A stretch of DNA of 64,000 nt, from NCBI GenBank assembly GCA_964016885.1, contig OZ024742.1, positions 309,008,001-309,072,000 on the forward strand. Reading direction: 5' to 3'. Made by a program: the position numbers and the translations under genes. Source of the DNA: Eledone cirrhosa (Eukaryota). Below, piece by piece: positions 38,078 to 54,699 of this stretch (positions within the stretch are counted from its first letter, which is position 1; each line of letters starts with the position of its first letter). The notes under the pieces were generated by a model. It made no database searches, was not told the origin of the DNA, and was given only the letters and a program-made list of their open reading frames with translations.

Positions 38078-41000
38078 CAAACAAACAAATTAACAACACA
38101 CCAAAACAATTAAAACCATCCACTCTCGCCTCAACATTTTTGCTTAACGCCCAAGGCATCAGCCCTTCCACCAATACTCAAAAATGGAAGATCAAATTCC
38201 TGGAGGACTGTGTTGATGTCCATCCAAACCACATCCCTTTCTTCGTCCTCAATGAAACCCATCTCAGTAACCTCCACTTGGAAGCCGAGGTGAAAGTGAA
38301 AAATTTCAAAGCCATCCGTGCTGATCGCGCTGGCAGAAGAAATGGTGGGACTGCCATTTATGTCCATAATGCTTTCTCAACAGAGGCTATGAACATATTT
38401 TCTAATGGATACTGCGAAGCAGTCACTGTATTCAGTCAAACCAACAACCTAATAGTAGTTGGGCTCTATAGGCCACCACAAACGCCTATACCATGCTTCA
38501 AGGAATGCCTCAACAGCATAAAGTGTTTCATCCAAGAGTGTCACCCTGACAACATCTTAATGATGGGGGACTTCAACCTCCCCAGAGTTGACTGGTCCAC
38601 AAACAGCCTGCCACCAGGTTCTTCTGCCTCAACCTCTGACAGGGAAGCAGTGGATCGCTTCTTGACTTCATGGATGATTTCTTCCTGTCCCAACTGGTGC
38701 TCGAACCAACGAGGTGCCACAAAAACGTCCTAGACTTAATTTTCAGCAATCACACTGACACTGTCCACAATATTGCAGTGGAGAAAACTCTACTCTCTGA
38801 TCATGACATGGTTCTCTGTGATCTGAGATTCCACCGTCCAATATACAAAACCAATGTCATCTCTCCTGTCCATCCGTTTGACGCTATGGATTTCCACAAT
38901 GCAAACTGGGAAGCGATCAGTCATGATCTTGCACATGTCGACTGGTCCTTCACGCACACTCACACAGCCACTAACATCAAAAAGTCCTGGCAGACATTTG
39001 TGGACACTGTTACAAACATATGTGCAAAACACACCCCATTAAGAACTATAAACAAATCTAAGAGCAGAATCCCTAGAAATAGAAAAACGCTCATCAGGAA
39101 AATTAAGAGAACTAACAAAAAAATCAACAAGCTGAAATACTGTCAGCAGCAACACATCAACTTGACTGCCATTTCATCACTAGAGATTAAAAAACATAAC
39201 CTCAAAAACAATATGATGTCTATCATCAACAATCAGAGAAGAGCTGAAGAGGCCTGCGCAATTGAGAAGATCAAACTCAATCCCAAAGTGTTCTTTTCAT
39301 TTGCAAAAAAAACACAAAATCACTGGCTCTACTGTTGGCCCTCTAATTGATGAAAATGGCACTCTTCAAGGCAATGCTAAAACCATGGGTGAGATACTGC
39401 AGAAACAATACTGCTCTGTTTTCAGCAATCCTGATATGGCCAATCTGGGCTGTATCGGCGATGTTACTCCCCATTACACCTTATCGGACATAACGTTTGG
39501 CGCCCCTGATGTCTTAGCGGCAATAAAGGAAATCAAGCATAATTCAGCAGTAGGTCCCGATAGGTTCCCTGCTTGGGTCTTGAAGGCGTGTCAACACCAA
39601 CTTGCATCTCCTCTTGCCAATCTGTGGCGGAATTCACTGGATGCTGGATATGTGCCAGAAAATCTTCTATCCCAGTCTGTTGTCCCAGTTTTCAAAAAAG
39701 GAAACAAATCCCTTGCCGTGAATTACCGTCCAATCTCACTCACCTCTCATATCATTAAGGTATTTGAGAGAGTGGTGAGATCGCGAATGACTTACTTCCT
39801 TGAGAGTAACAATATGCTGAACTCCAACCAGCATGGATTCCGTAATGGAAGGGATTGCCTGACGCAGCTACTGCATCACTTTGATGACATTTTGAGAACC
39901 TTGGGAGAGGGTTCCAACACTGATGTTATCTACCTTGATTTCAGCAAGACCTTTGACAGGGTTGATCACAACATTCTACTGAGAAAGCTGTCCAATATTG
40001 GTGTCACTGGAAAGCTGCTGCAGTGGATCAAGAGCTTCCTGTCAAACAGAACCCAAAATGTTGTAGTCGAAGGAGTCAAATCCAGCCCAGCCAAAGTCAG
40101 TCGTGGGGTCCCACAAGGCACTGTGTTGGGCCCACTTCTCTTCATCATCTATATTAATGACATCACTGACATCATCAAACACAGCAACATTAGAATTTTC
40201 GCTGATGATTCCAAGCTCCAAAAGGTCATCAATGGCGTGGATGACCGGATAAGCCTTCAGTCAGACCTACTGGCTGTTACCCAATGGGCGGAAAAGAAGA
40301 ACATGTTACTGAACGAAGACAAATTCGAACTGATCCACTTTGGAAAAGAGAATGCTCTGAAACTCCCGTACTCCCTTCCCTCCGGTGAAACTCTCGTGGC
40401 ATCTAACAACATCAGAGACTTGGGAGTAACCGTGGACAGCAACATAAGCTGGGCCACGCATATAAGCAGCAAAGTTGACATGGCCCGCAGAATGTGTTCC
40501 TGGATCCTCAGAACCTTCCAGTCGAGAGATTCCCACACCATTATCCTTCTCTTCTCCACTTTTGCCCGACCACACCTTGAATACTGTTGTCCACTGTGGT
40601 CTCCCCACACGAAACAAAGTATCATGAAACTTGAAGCTCCCCAAAGGGCAATCACGAAAAGATAGATAGCATGTCAGACCTTGACTACTGGGGTCGACTA
40701 GAAAAGCTGAAACTTTACTCACTCCAACGTCGCCGTGGGCGTTATATTGTCTGTATGATGTGGAAAATGTTTCATCAGCACTGCCCAAATGATGTTGGCA
40801 TCACCTTCAAAATACACCCAAGGCTTGGGCCCCGTGCTATCCGTCCCAAACAAAAGTCTAAATCGCAACTCATAACAACAATACGGCACAATTATTTCAC
40901 CTCAATTGGCCCTGCTCTCTTCAACATCACACCAGGACACGTCAAAACAGAAACTGACCACACAAAATTCAAGAAGTCTTTGGACAAATTCCTCCAAGTA

Positions 41001-41084
41001 ATCCCGGATAAACCACCCACACCCGGATATGTCTCCGCAAACAGTAATTCTCTTCTCGAATGGGCCATGGTGCCCAAATCCTGA
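38065..41084 (+). pseudogene. LINE ORF2 (AP endonuclease + RT), in four frameshifted pieces
   Basis: NETH, RADR..GG, YRPP, MGDFN, LDLIF, SDH; then GPD, NYRPISLT, DFSKTFD, GVPQG, FADD, RDLGV. Confidence 0.92.
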
Positions 41085-41180
41085 ATTGAAAGACTTCGCC
41101 AGGTGGTGGTATTAAGTTAGACATGGCCTGGGCCAATACTGGCCAAAACATTTCAAAGTTATTCAAAGTTATATAACTAG

Positions 41181-41275
<95 letters not shown>

Positions 41276-41317
41276 ATGGAGGAGGTTATAGTTCACTTGA
41301 AACATTGTGTAATGAGG

Positions 41318-42277
41318 TATAAACGTTTGTATATGTATAATAAAGCCAAAACAATGCAGGTATGGACATAGAATAAAGAATGCAAATGCAAAAGATATTG
41401 TTGACAATTAGTCTTTTACCTTAGATTTATTTAAATGTCCTTAATTTTCGAGATAATATCTCTTCTTCGGAGGGAAGTAAAGCGGTTAAACCAGTGTTCT
41501 AAATAGCTTGCCAAGTCATGCTGACAGGAAATGGTATAGAGTATCTGTTCTATCTCTAATGTCAAAGAGTTAAGGTTAGGTGGATAAAGAGTAGACTCCC
41601 TTTAAAAGGGTTTTGTTTTCTTTGTACATGCCTGTTTAAGTGTGTGGGAGAATGCATGAATATGTAAGTATGTGAGTGTGTGTGTGTGAGAGTGAGAAGA
41701 TATGTCTATACGTAAATGTGGGGGATAGATGTTATCTCGTGTTAGAACTGGTCTTTGTGTGTGTATGTGTGTGTGTGCGAGAGAATAAGTGGAGGTGTAA
41801 GCGTGTGTGTGTGTGTGCGTGCGTGTGTGGGGGGTCTAAATATGGGGCTAGAAGCTCTATCAAGTTATAAATTGGGTGTTGAGTTCTAGTCTATTATTAA
41901 TTGGTGGTTGTGTTTTGTCCTTAATTCTAAGATTGCCGAGGTTTCTTTCCTTAGTTTCTAGTTTCTAAACAGGCATGTACAAAAAAAAAAACTCTTTTAA
42001 AGGGAGACTACTCTTTATCCACCTAACCTTAACTCTTTGACATTAGAGATAGAACAGATACTCTATACCATTTCCTGTCAGCATGACTTGGCAAGCTATT
42101 TAGAACACTGGTTTAACCGCTTTACTTCCCTCCGAAGAAGAGATATTATCTCTAAAATTAAGGACATTTAAATAAATCTGAGGTAAAAGACTAATTGTCA
42201 ACAATATCTTTTCCATTTGCATTCTTTATTCTATGTCCATACCTGCATTGTTTTGGCTTTATTATACATATACAAAC

Positions 42278-42284
<7 letters not shown>
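41318..42284. repeat. Large inverted repeat (about 320-bp arms, 41318-41638 and 41966-42284)
   Basis: Arms are near-identical reverse complements, with (TA)n flanks. Confidence 0.92.
41439..41473 (-). ncRNA. Variant minimal hammerhead-like motif
   Basis: cct-CCGAAGA-a-gagat/atctc-GAAA-AT-TA-agg. The mirror copy at 42129-42163 has GAAA changed to TAAA. Confidence 0.5.
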
Positions 42285-42363
<79 letters not shown>

Positions 42364-42480
42364 CTAGTTATATATATATATAAATATATAAACAAGTAGT
42401 AGAAAGGAAAAAGATTTTTTCAGTAGAAAATGCTGAAGAGATTTTTTCAGTGAAATATCAAAACGTTAATATATATTGTC

Positions 42481-42523
<43 letters not shown>

Positions 42524-42535
42524 CAATTATATATA

Positions 42536-42639
<104 letters not shown>

Positions 42640-42758
42640 TAACAGATTAAACTTTAAGCAAAGAATCGCTGCTTTCACCCTTAACGGGATCTTTTGAAAC
42701 TATATATATTTATCCTTATCGAGCCCTCTTTGGATTTTAGTCTTCGCATTATTATTAT

Positions 42759-42793
<35 letters not shown>

Positions 42794-43014
42794 TAAAGTT
42801 AATATGCCTAAGGGTACAAGGTACCCCCAGAAATACATAGGTTGTCTATGATTCAAGGTGATTCTATGGTAATAATTTGATATACCAGAACTTAATATCA
42901 AGATAAGCAGAACAAGTAAAATTCAACCAATTTTTCAAAATAAATCAAAATTAATTTAAAATTAAAATTAATCAAAATTAAAAAATATAATATAAATATT
43001 TACCTATTCAAATG

Positions 43015-43095
43015 GCCCTTACTGTACAGTTTCACGTTGCAAAACATTAGATATCACATGGATATTAATGGAAAAGCAAAGATCATCAGAAAAGC
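43015..43095 (-). ncRNA. Hammerhead ribozyme motif within an inverted-repeat module (42980-43161)
   Basis: tttt/aggg (G-U-rich stem I); CTGATGA; ttgc/gcaa; GAAA-CT-GTAC-AG-TA. Confidence 0.6.
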
Positions 43096-43161
43096 ATTAA
43101 TATCCATGTGATATATAATGTTTTACAAAGTGAATAGGTAAATATTTATATTATATTTTTT

Positions 43162-43930
<769 letters not shown>

Positions 43931-44838
43931 AAATGTACACACACATACACAAAGATACACATGAATATACATATACACAATACATTTCCTATCTCAGTCG
44001 TGTTGCTACAATAAGATGTTCACTTTCAAATCGCAATATCCTCGGTTCTAAACCTACATTTGTCTTTATAAATGGTTATTTCTCCAAAGCTATTTATACA
44101 TTTAATCCTGTATGCCATTTGTACATACTTGCTGATCATTTATGTAATTATATCCTAGAAATAAATTACTGAAATATTATCATGTGCAACCATTCCCACA
44201 TGTTAGTAATGAACATAAAATATGAGGTTTCTCTTATGCAAGCCATTAATTTATCAAAACGCAATCTTTTTAATTCCTGATATATATGGCATACCGATCC
44301 TGGGCTCCAAATGTTAAATACATTCAACGCTATTCTCGTCATTCCTGCCAGCATTGTTCTAAGAGTTTTCAATAATTTGTGAATAATTTATATATTCCGA
44401 AAATAATCTTTTTGATAGATTTCGAAAATGGCATTTTTTAATTTTGATGTATTTTTATATTCTAGTAAGTCTGAATAAATTTTGAAATGGTTTTCAAGTC
44501 CAAACTTTGCTTGAGAACTTTAAAGCAAAATAGAAAGAAACAACTTGTAAATTCTAAGTAAATATTTCGAAATGTTAGAATAATGTCTGCATATTCTTAG
44601 AATATATGTGAGATTCCGAAAATAGTTTTGTTATTTTAAGTATATTATCATAATCCAATAATGTTTCAGAATTCTAAAAATAGGTTGCCTTTTTTTTCTT
44701 CCTTCGGAAGCCAGAGAATACTTTTCTTGTTAAATGTAAATTGTATGATGGGTTCCAAGCTTGGGGTCGTAAATTCTTCAATAGAATTTGTCATTTAAAC
44801 GCCTAAAATTCTTTTCGTACTATATATATATATATGTA

Positions 44839-44972
<134 letters not shown>

Positions 44973-45019
44973 AGCGAAACAAAAGAAAAGAGCAATCAAT
45001 ACACAACGTATATTATATA

Positions 45020-45121
45020 CAGGGTGTCCCCAAAAAATGTATACACACTTCAACAGCATTCTAATAAATATTGCCTATACAGGTAATCAAAGTGTCTATA
45101 CATTTTGGGGGGGACACCTTG
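45020..45121. mobile_element. Tc1/mariner-type MITE
   Basis: TIRs cagggtgtcccc/ggggacaccttg, with TA on both sides. Confidence 0.75.
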
Positions 45122-45860
45122 TATAAATATATATATATATATATATATAATATTCTTTATAATGGCTAAGTGATGTGTCTTGTTACTCTAGAATGTATTC
45201 ACTCTAGTCTTGACTAGTGATCGAGGAAATTCTGTGATTGAAAATAAGGCAAGCCTATTTTCTCTTTATGGAAATATAGCTATTCTGGGTTTTCTTTTGT
45301 TTTCCTGTTGTTGTTTCGCTAGGAAAACATTGTTTATGAAAACAATTCCAGAGCATACAATACTGTGGAAAGTCGTAAATTGTTTGCTATTCAAGAATAG
45401 AATACAAAGTTTGAAGCTGAGGAGTTAATAAAATGTTAAGCCCTGAATTCCGAATAGGAAAAGCATTTCGAAACATTGTTTTGTTTATGTTTGTTTCTAT
45501 GAACACTGTCGAAATACAAAGCGCTCCATAAAAATCATTTTCTAAAAATCAATGGTATGGATTGTGATTATCTGACAAGAAATATCTCTACATATCCATT
45601 AACTAACAACTGGAGAGCGGGAGAGGATAACGAAAAAAACACTCAAAATTGACTGAGAAGTCGAGAATTTAAAGCTGAAAATTAAGGGGTTTTTTATGTT
45701 TGTTATGGGGAACATAAACAAAAACTTCCCATCAGAAAATACCAATAATACCAAAATCCCATTTTATAAAACAGAATACAAAAAAGGAAGAATGAACTAC
45801 ATGGAGGGACAAGAAAAATACAATCAATCACATGGCTTCTATCCAGAGAGAAACTGTCTG

Positions 45861-45976
45861 TTACTGTCAGTGTGTAAATATCTTTTACTGTCAGTGTGTA
45901 AATATCTTTTACTGTCAGTGTATAAATGCCTTTTACTGTCAGTGTATAAATGCCTTTTACTGTCAGTGTGTAAATG
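45861..45976. repeat. Minisatellite, about 5 x 24 bp
   Basis: Unit ttactgtcagtgtgtaaatatctt and variants. Confidence 0.9.
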
Positions 45977-46325
45977 TAGAGATGAATATCAAGAGGTTCC
46001 GTGTTCGATCATATTTCATGGTACTTGGACACATTTCTTTTACCATAGCTTTAGCTCGACCTAAGATTTGTGGGGGAAATTTGATAGATGGAATCTGGGT
46101 GGAAGCCCGTCGGTTGGATTGTAGCTGTACTGCAAAGGTCCAGCCTTATCACATGCAGTGTCACACAAAATGGGAGATTTTACATAATGAAAACTATACC
46201 CATGTTCACAAGAGAAGACATCTCTCATCCATCCCAAAGTAGGAGGGAGATCTCTCCGTCGGGCGGGGAGAGATGACAGGTCTGTATTATCTCTCTTTCT
46301 CTGTTTATAATGCAGGGTGCAATTA

Positions 46326-46451
46326 CAGGGTGGCCCAAAAGTCGCGATAAATAAATAAAATAATTTTGTTTTATAAGAAACAATTTATTCAAAATAAATA
46401 AATATGGAAACTTTAAAATGTCCTATGTATTGCGACTTTGGGGCCACCCTG
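46326..46451. mobile_element. Tc1/mariner-type MITE
   Basis: TIRs cagggtggcccaaaagtcgc/gcgactttggggccaccctg, with TA TSD. Confidence 0.8.
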
Positions 46452-47542
46452 TAATTGCAGTGCAGTAGTTTTGCATCTTGTATGGAGTGGCTAACGTAAC
46501 AGCACGAACCAGCCAACGAAAAACTGTCACGGCCCCTCCCTGTTCGTCTATAGTGCCTGTCCAACATGCAAAACCCCAAGCGTATGCTACCTCAAGGTCC
46601 AAGTAGGAAGAATATAAAAGGCGCTATCTTCCTGGATAATAGTGAAGGAATGTGATGTGAATATATTTTTCTAGTTTACTGCAGATAGTAAACAGGCACC
46701 TTAATACAGAAACAGTTAAAATAGCAACTAAATAGAAAATTCAACAATCCCATTCAATTAGCAAACAACTGCTAGTAGTTATTTTTTTTAAACTCCTTTT
46801 GTAACAAAATGGTAATTATCTTTCAGAAAGAAAAAAAAAGTTATTTTCCTATTCATATTTTGTATCGTATTTTTAGCTAACAGCTCACAGAAAACAAATT
46901 ACTTTCTTTTAGGGATTTCTAAGAAGATCCATATTTCTCCTCTAATGTTTACTGTTTTGTTTTGTTTTGCTTTTTGTTTTGTTGTTTTTGTTGTTTTTTC
47001 TCCTTTGTTTTTAAAATTCTGTTTTAGGAACCGAAGTCTGTTTGAGTCAATTTCTTAATTAAAAAATGTTTAATTTGTTTTGATGTTTTTTTATTATTTT
47101 CATTTTTAACTGTTTTTCGTTTGTTTATTGTTTACACGACTTTTGTTATAATTAATTATAAATAACATTTCAAAGTATTTTACTAATTTTTTTTTATTTT
47201 TCTTCACCGCCAGATATTTTAAAATAATTTTCTCTCATGTTTGGATAATAATATTTATCATCATATAACCAATGGAAATCTCTGAAGGCGATGCCCCTCT
47301 ATGACACAAATACAAGGACTGAAACCAGTAATAGAAGGTTTCGTTGTTGTTATATGTGTATGTGTGTGTGTGTACATATACTTACATACATACACATATA
47401 TACATACACATATATACACATATACATATTTATACATATACATACATTTATATACACTGGTATTTTGAATATGATGGATCCTCCGTCAACTTCGACGATA
47501 TCCATTCAGTTATTCGATCAACTGGATAACCTACTCTTTCAA

Positions 47543-48028
47543 TCTAAACTATAATAAAGTAAGGCGCGCGGGACTGCGTACGGTTTATAATTTTTTATCC
47601 CATTAGTTAAATAAGTTGGATTACTTTGAATAAATAATGAATGAATATTACATAATTTATCTATTAAATTTCGTGGCTGTTGATTAAATATATTTTGTTT
47701 ATTTAAAGATTCACTTCTTTAAAATTTCTGAAATGTCAACACTTCCGGTTGGCCATCGCTTAAATAAACATACTAATTTTCTGTCACTAATTTTCTCCTA
47801 ATGCAGTTTATATATAATATCGTCTTTTTTAATGTATCATGGATTACGTTACTGATTACATAAGACAGTGTAACGCAGTCTTCGTACAATTTCTATGTAC
47901 TATATATTGTCAATTACGATTTTATTTTATGTATCATATCTACATGCATATATATACTTGCATATAATATCAATATACACACTACACATGCTAGCAGAAA
48001 ACCACCCCAATGGTGGTTTTTCTGCTAG
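47543..48028 (+). mobile_element. Non-autonomous Helitron (family shared with 58085-58545)
   Basis: A|TCTAAACTATAATAAAG start, terminal hairpin aaaccacc/ggtggttt, CTAG|T end. Confidence 0.7.
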
Positions 48029-48330
48029 TGTAGTTAATATTCCACGAACACGAGTCCCTTTAACGGAATCCCCAGGATGAATCAGCGTGACACGATATGT
48101 AATACGATTGAATTATTTAATTACAGGTACAATCCATCAACACAGTTTCCGTCAATACAATGTCACTGACAAAGATTGAGCAAACCCGAAACTATGACAA
48201 AAAGACAGTTGCCTGAGACGCCTGGACCTGGGATCGAACCATAGAACTCAATATTGTAAAGGGAATTTCTTAGATACTCAGCCATGCCTGCGTCTTCTAT
48301 TTTAATTGATATCAACCATAATAATACGCC

Positions 48331-49616
<1,286 letters not shown>

Positions 49617-49649
<33 letters not shown>

Positions 49650-50270
49650 TTTACGTCCGCTTTTCCCTGCTTGCAAGGGTCCTATTCATCACAGCATCTC
49701 TCCTTTTGTCACGGTCCTTCGTCATCTCCTCCGTGAGCTTCAGCGATCTGAGGTCTGCTTTCACCATCTCCGCCCATATTTTTCGTGGTCTTCTTCTACT
49801 GCGTCTTCCTTCTCCTGGGATTTCTTGGTATTTCTTTACCCACCGATCACCCTCCATGCGCATCACATGTCCATATCATCGCAGTCTTCTCTCCCGCACA
49901 CTACAGCTTATCCCTCTTATACACAGTTTCTCTCACAACTCACCTATGCTGGGTCGTTCACGCACATTGACATTGCACATCCAACGAAGCATACTTGCTT
50001 CATTTCTCTCCAGCCGTCGCATATCCTCTGCAGTTGCTTCCCATGTCTCACTACCATGTAGCATCGCCCATCTCACACAGGCATCATATAACCGGCCTTT
50101 CGTGCGCAGGGAGAAACCCTTCTTTGTAAACAGAGGAATCAACTCCCTAAACTTCTTCCAACCCGTCCTTATTCTAGATACTATGGCCTCGGAACACCCA
50201 CCTCCCATGCTAATCTGATCACCTAGGTACCGGAAGCTATCAACCACTTCTATAGAATCCACCTGCATTT
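49617..50270 (-). mobile_element. RTE-clade LINE 3' fragment with (GAT)n tail
   Basis: FRYLG, KGRLYDACVR.AMLHGSETW and GRRSRRRPRKIW motifs. Confidence 0.85.
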
Positions 50271-50348
50271 GAAAAATATGCCTATCACTGCGAATTCTAC
50301 TGTAGATACTTGAAAATGCAACTGGAGTCTTTTAAGAATATTTATTTA

Positions 50349-50392
50349 TTTACTTTACCGGTTTCACAGTTCTTATGATTTTCAAAAGTAAA
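50349..50392 (-). ncRNA. U3-A8 hammerhead variant (same family as 33939-34211)
   Basis: Stem I tttactt/aagtaaa; TTGAAAA; weak stem II; GAAA-CCGG-TA. Confidence 0.6.
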
Positions 50393-50442
50393 ATTGAGAT
50401 GGAGGGTTTGAGTTTCTGTTGGGGTTTGTCTCGCATCTATAC

Positions 50443-50536
<94 letters not shown>

Positions 50537-51146
50537 ATGTTTTGTCTCGCATATATAAACATACATGTATGTATCCTTTTAAATTTACACATACAAACAT
50601 ACACTCATACGCACACTGCATTCACCTACAAATATGAAGCTCACTAAGACCTGGACTCTAACGTTACATTTTATCCTGTATATCATTTGTACATATACCC
50701 TAGTAAAAACAAAATATTAAAATATCATTCTTCGTTTGAAAAAGTTTGGAAAACCCTGCTCTAATGCAAATTATTATTTTTCAAAACGCAAACTTCCCAG
50801 CTTATATGATTATTCATATACCTGGCAATTCTGGTATATATAGCATACCAATCCTTGACTCCGAAAATTTAATACTATTGCGTTATTATTGACGGTACGG
50901 GCACACTTGTACCATAGTGAATACCATCCAAGATAGATTGTTTTGGTGTTGTTGTTTTTTTTTTGGGGGGGGGGGGGCCTTTTAGTTTAGTTGCTTTTTT
51001 TTAAAAATTGTGGACCTTTTAACATTTTTACTTGAAGAATTCGTAAAAAAAATTTAATTCCCTTCTAATTTCTCACTTTTAGTTTTTGTTATAAAACTTT
51101 AAACAATACAAGTTGTTCTGGTGGGGAAAAAACGGTAACGCACCAT

Positions 51147-51285
51147 AATAATTGTTTCTATTTTAGGCACAAGGCCAGCAATTACCAGTACATTACTGGT
51201 ACTTTATTTTATCGACCCCGTAAGGATGAAAGGCAAAGTTAACCTCGGCGGGATTTGTGGTTTCTAATTTAGGCACAATGCCAAA
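51147..51285 (-). mobile_element. SINE family A fragments
   Basis: Matches 21060-21175. Confidence 0.75.
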
Positions 51286-51564
51286 GGAGCAAAAGCAGTG
51301 GTGGTGGTGGTGGTGGTGGTGGTGGTGGTGGTATCGCTACTGTTGCTGTTGTTTAGCCTAAGGTCAAGCCAGATCGAGAAACCTATGATCGAAAGACCTT
51401 CCAGCCTTGATCAGCCAGACTTTTTAGTGACATCTAGCATTTTCCAGTGTGTTCGTTCTATTTAAGTACGGTAGGATGGGATATGAGTGATATTTGTTTG
51501 CTATCTCTAGCAGATCAAGCGAGCACGTAAAGGCTTCTTTTAGACTTGTGTATATCTTACGGCT

Positions 51565-51900
51565 GCTTCTGTTGCTGCTAGCGTTGCCGCTGCTGCTACC
51601 GTTGCTGCTGCTGCTGCTACCATTGCTGCTACTGCTGCTGCTGCTGCTATCATTGCTGCTGCTATCATTGCTGCTGTTACCATTGTTGCTGCTGTTACTT
51701 TTGTTGCTGCTGTTACATTTGCTGTTGCTGCTGCGACTTTTACTGCTGCTGTTGCTGCTGCTGACATCGCTGCTGCTAGTATTGCTGCTGCTACCATTGT
51801 TGCTGCTGCTGTCGTTGCTGCTGTCGTTGCTGCTGTTACTTTTGTTGCTGTTGCTACATTTGCTGTTGCTGCTGCGACTTTTACTGCTGCTGTTGCTGCA
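51565..51900. repeat. (CTG)n-rich degenerate repeat
   Basis: Directly visible. Confidence 0.9.
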
Positions 51901-52828
51901 ACTGTTAGCTTTGGTTATTTCTTTACATGTCAAATGTACATCAATTTATGTTGTAAAAGTGATATATTGGCAGAATCGTTAGAGCATCGGACATAATAAT
52001 ACTTTTAGGTTTGTCTCTTTGCGTTCTGGTTTCAAGTCTCATTATGATCAACATTGTCTTTTATCGTTCCGGAGTTGATCAAAAGTACCAGTCAAATACT
52101 GAGGTCGATATAATCTGATGTTTCGCCCTCCCCCTCCATTTCCCATCAAATGTTTCACTGTATCAAAGAAACAGTTGTTGGTGATCTAGCAAACATTATC
52201 ATCCAATTTTCACCATTTCTTTTACTTTTTAGTCTAGTTAGAACTTCGGTCGGCGAATTGTCAATCAAATAGAATGATCTGTGATATTCGTTCCGGCTCT
52301 CTGAGTTCAAATCTCGCCGGAGTCGACTTTGCCTTTCGAGGTGGATAAAAATAGTATCAGTCTAGTTTGGTGGTCGACTCTTCCTCTTTATCTTTTCCTC
52401 TCTCTTTATCTATCTCACTCACTATCTTTCCCTGTTAGAAGTCAGCTATGGCCAGACCAGGACAGGTGATGGGTTCCACAAGGCTTAAAATATCCAAGAA
52501 ACGCCGTGTCACTACGACTAGCTGAGGAGTTACGGGTTCATATATACATACATAATGGTTGTCATCACTTGACCTTTTTCTCATACATGTGTGATACGAA
52601 CAGGAAGTTTTAGCCCAGCTAAGGACTTGCATTCCTTTCTGCATATGCTGCAGTGGAAGAAAAAAAAGAAAGAAGCCATGTTCACGCAATACACATGTAA
52701 ATCGTTTAAATCAAGTGACGCCTGTGCTTGAAGCTCCCTTAAGTGAAGAAAGGCCGCAAGTACCACAAAGCGGCATCCACATTACATATACATATATATA
52801 TGTGTGTATATATACATATATATATATA

Positions 52829-52932
<104 letters not shown>

Positions 52933-52990
52933 ATATATATTATATATATATATATATATTATATATATATATATATATTATATATATATA

Positions 52991-53041
<51 letters not shown>

Positions 53042-53336
53042 GAGAGAAAGAGAGAGATCTTGGCAATTTCTATGTTTCTTATGGATTTCATCATCTTAAT
53101 GGCCAACATCATCACCAACAACTGTGAGAGGTATCTAGAAAAAAAAACAGGTCAATATCATTGGCTGACATTGAGTTGCAGGTTTTACATCAGACTTTTC
53201 CTTCTAGAATAATGTCCTAACAAGAACTAGGAGTTTCTCACCCCCGGTAGCTAACCAGGATTTTACCTACCAATTTTATCCACTGTTCATAATTTTACCC
53301 CAATTCATTTTGTACCTACCCATGATGGATATATAT

Positions 53337-53580
53337 AGGCGCGTGGATTAGAGGTTAGTGAGTTGGATTTGCAATCGTGAGGTTGCGAGTTCAATTCTCG
53401 GACCGTGTGATGCGTTGTATCCTTAAGCAGGACAGTTTATTTCACGTTGTTCCTTCTGCCAGGAGTTGTGACCGGTAGATAGGATCAGCAATGGAAAGAC
53501 CAATTGAAACATTGTTCCCTTGATCCGATTTGACATAATCCACCTCATTCGGCAAGCGAATACGGTCTGGAATCTTATCG
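53337..53580 (+). mobile_element. tRNA-derived SINE (second family)
   Basis: ggcgcgtggattagaggttagtgag…gttgcgagttcaattctcgg (A and B boxes) followed by a non-coding body. Confidence 0.6.
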
Positions 53581-53584
53581 ATCG

Positions 53585-53622
<38 letters not shown>

Positions 53623-54699
53623 TCATCACCATTACCAACATAGTCTTCGTGGTAACTCATTATCACAAGTCAATGGATCCATAACTCCTGTTGAAGTCGT
53701 AGACTGCCGTATTGGGTATTTTAAACCCGGTGGAGACCATCCCCTCTCCGTGTTTGAATACAGCCGATTTCTTCTAGAGAAGCAGAGTGAAAGAGAGAGA
53801 TGAAATGAGTAAGATATATAAAGAAAGAATAGACCACAATATTGAATTGGTACTATTTTTTATTGATCTCAAAAGGCTGAAATGCAAAGTTGATTTGAAC
53901 TAAAATATCCTGAACAAATGTCGTAAAGTATTCTATCTGTTGTTCTAACAACTCTGCCAATTTACTGCAAATGTTTATTATGACGGACCGATGATTTTTA
54001 ATAGACCTTCTATTGATCGTTGGTTCTCTCCCTTGATTAAAAAATATGAACATTGATAAGAGTTTTCTCCCCTAAAAGTAATCCAATGTGCTAGTAATGA
54101 TCAAACTGCGAAAACATTTGCTTTGTAATATTTAGTTACGCCCCTTTACGTACTAAGTTGAAACCCCACGAAGTTCGACTGCTTATTATCTTTCCGTTCG
54201 ATTAAATTTTTTTTTTCTTCAATATTTTATAATTTCGTAGAATAAATCAATTCACCGTTGTATAAATGGGATTGCAAATGTTGATGGAAATATGAAAGAA
54301 AGAGGAAAAAGGAAAACAAAAAAGGATAAAAACGAAAACAAGCAAAGAACAGCAGGAGGAAGGGGTAACGAAGGGCAGATCTGACTGTATAGGAAAGTAG
54401 GAGAAAAGGCTAAAGAACCCACATGCAAATAAAATATGGTATCCTTGTAGTACTTTGCGTTATTTACAGTAAAAACCGAGATTGACTTCCAGTTCATATT
54501 ACTCGTAAATTGCAATTTGTAAACAATAGAGTTTTATTAATTAACCATTTCACCATGCTGCTTCAACATAATAATGAACAGGTGCATTACAACTCATCAA
54601 AGATGCATAGAATGTACAAAAGTAAAGAAAGTGAACAGTGTATGGGTCATGATGCACACACAGACACACATATCTTTGTGTGTATGGAGGGGGAATTCC

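Larger units (their letters stand above)
36985..41170 (+). mobile_element. Near full-length CR1/L2-group (APE-RT) LINE with several frameshifts
   Basis: ORF1-like region, APE, RT and a short tandem tail ttcaaagtt(a)ttcaaagtt. Confidence 0.88.

Noticed and set aside
42428-42475. CTGAAGA plus hairpin plus AAAACGTTA
   Set aside because: G12 is missing and stem I does not pair.
45696-46242. Cys-rich repeat protein
   Set aside because: The periodicity comes from the 24-bp minisatellite and the adjacent SINE-like sequence.
47275-47342. CTGAAGG…GAAACCAGTA
   Set aside because: A9 is altered and the stems are weak; at best a decayed remnant.
48180-48295. tRNA gene on - strand
   Set aside because: A and B boxes are present but there is no consistent cloverleaf; more likely a SINE head.
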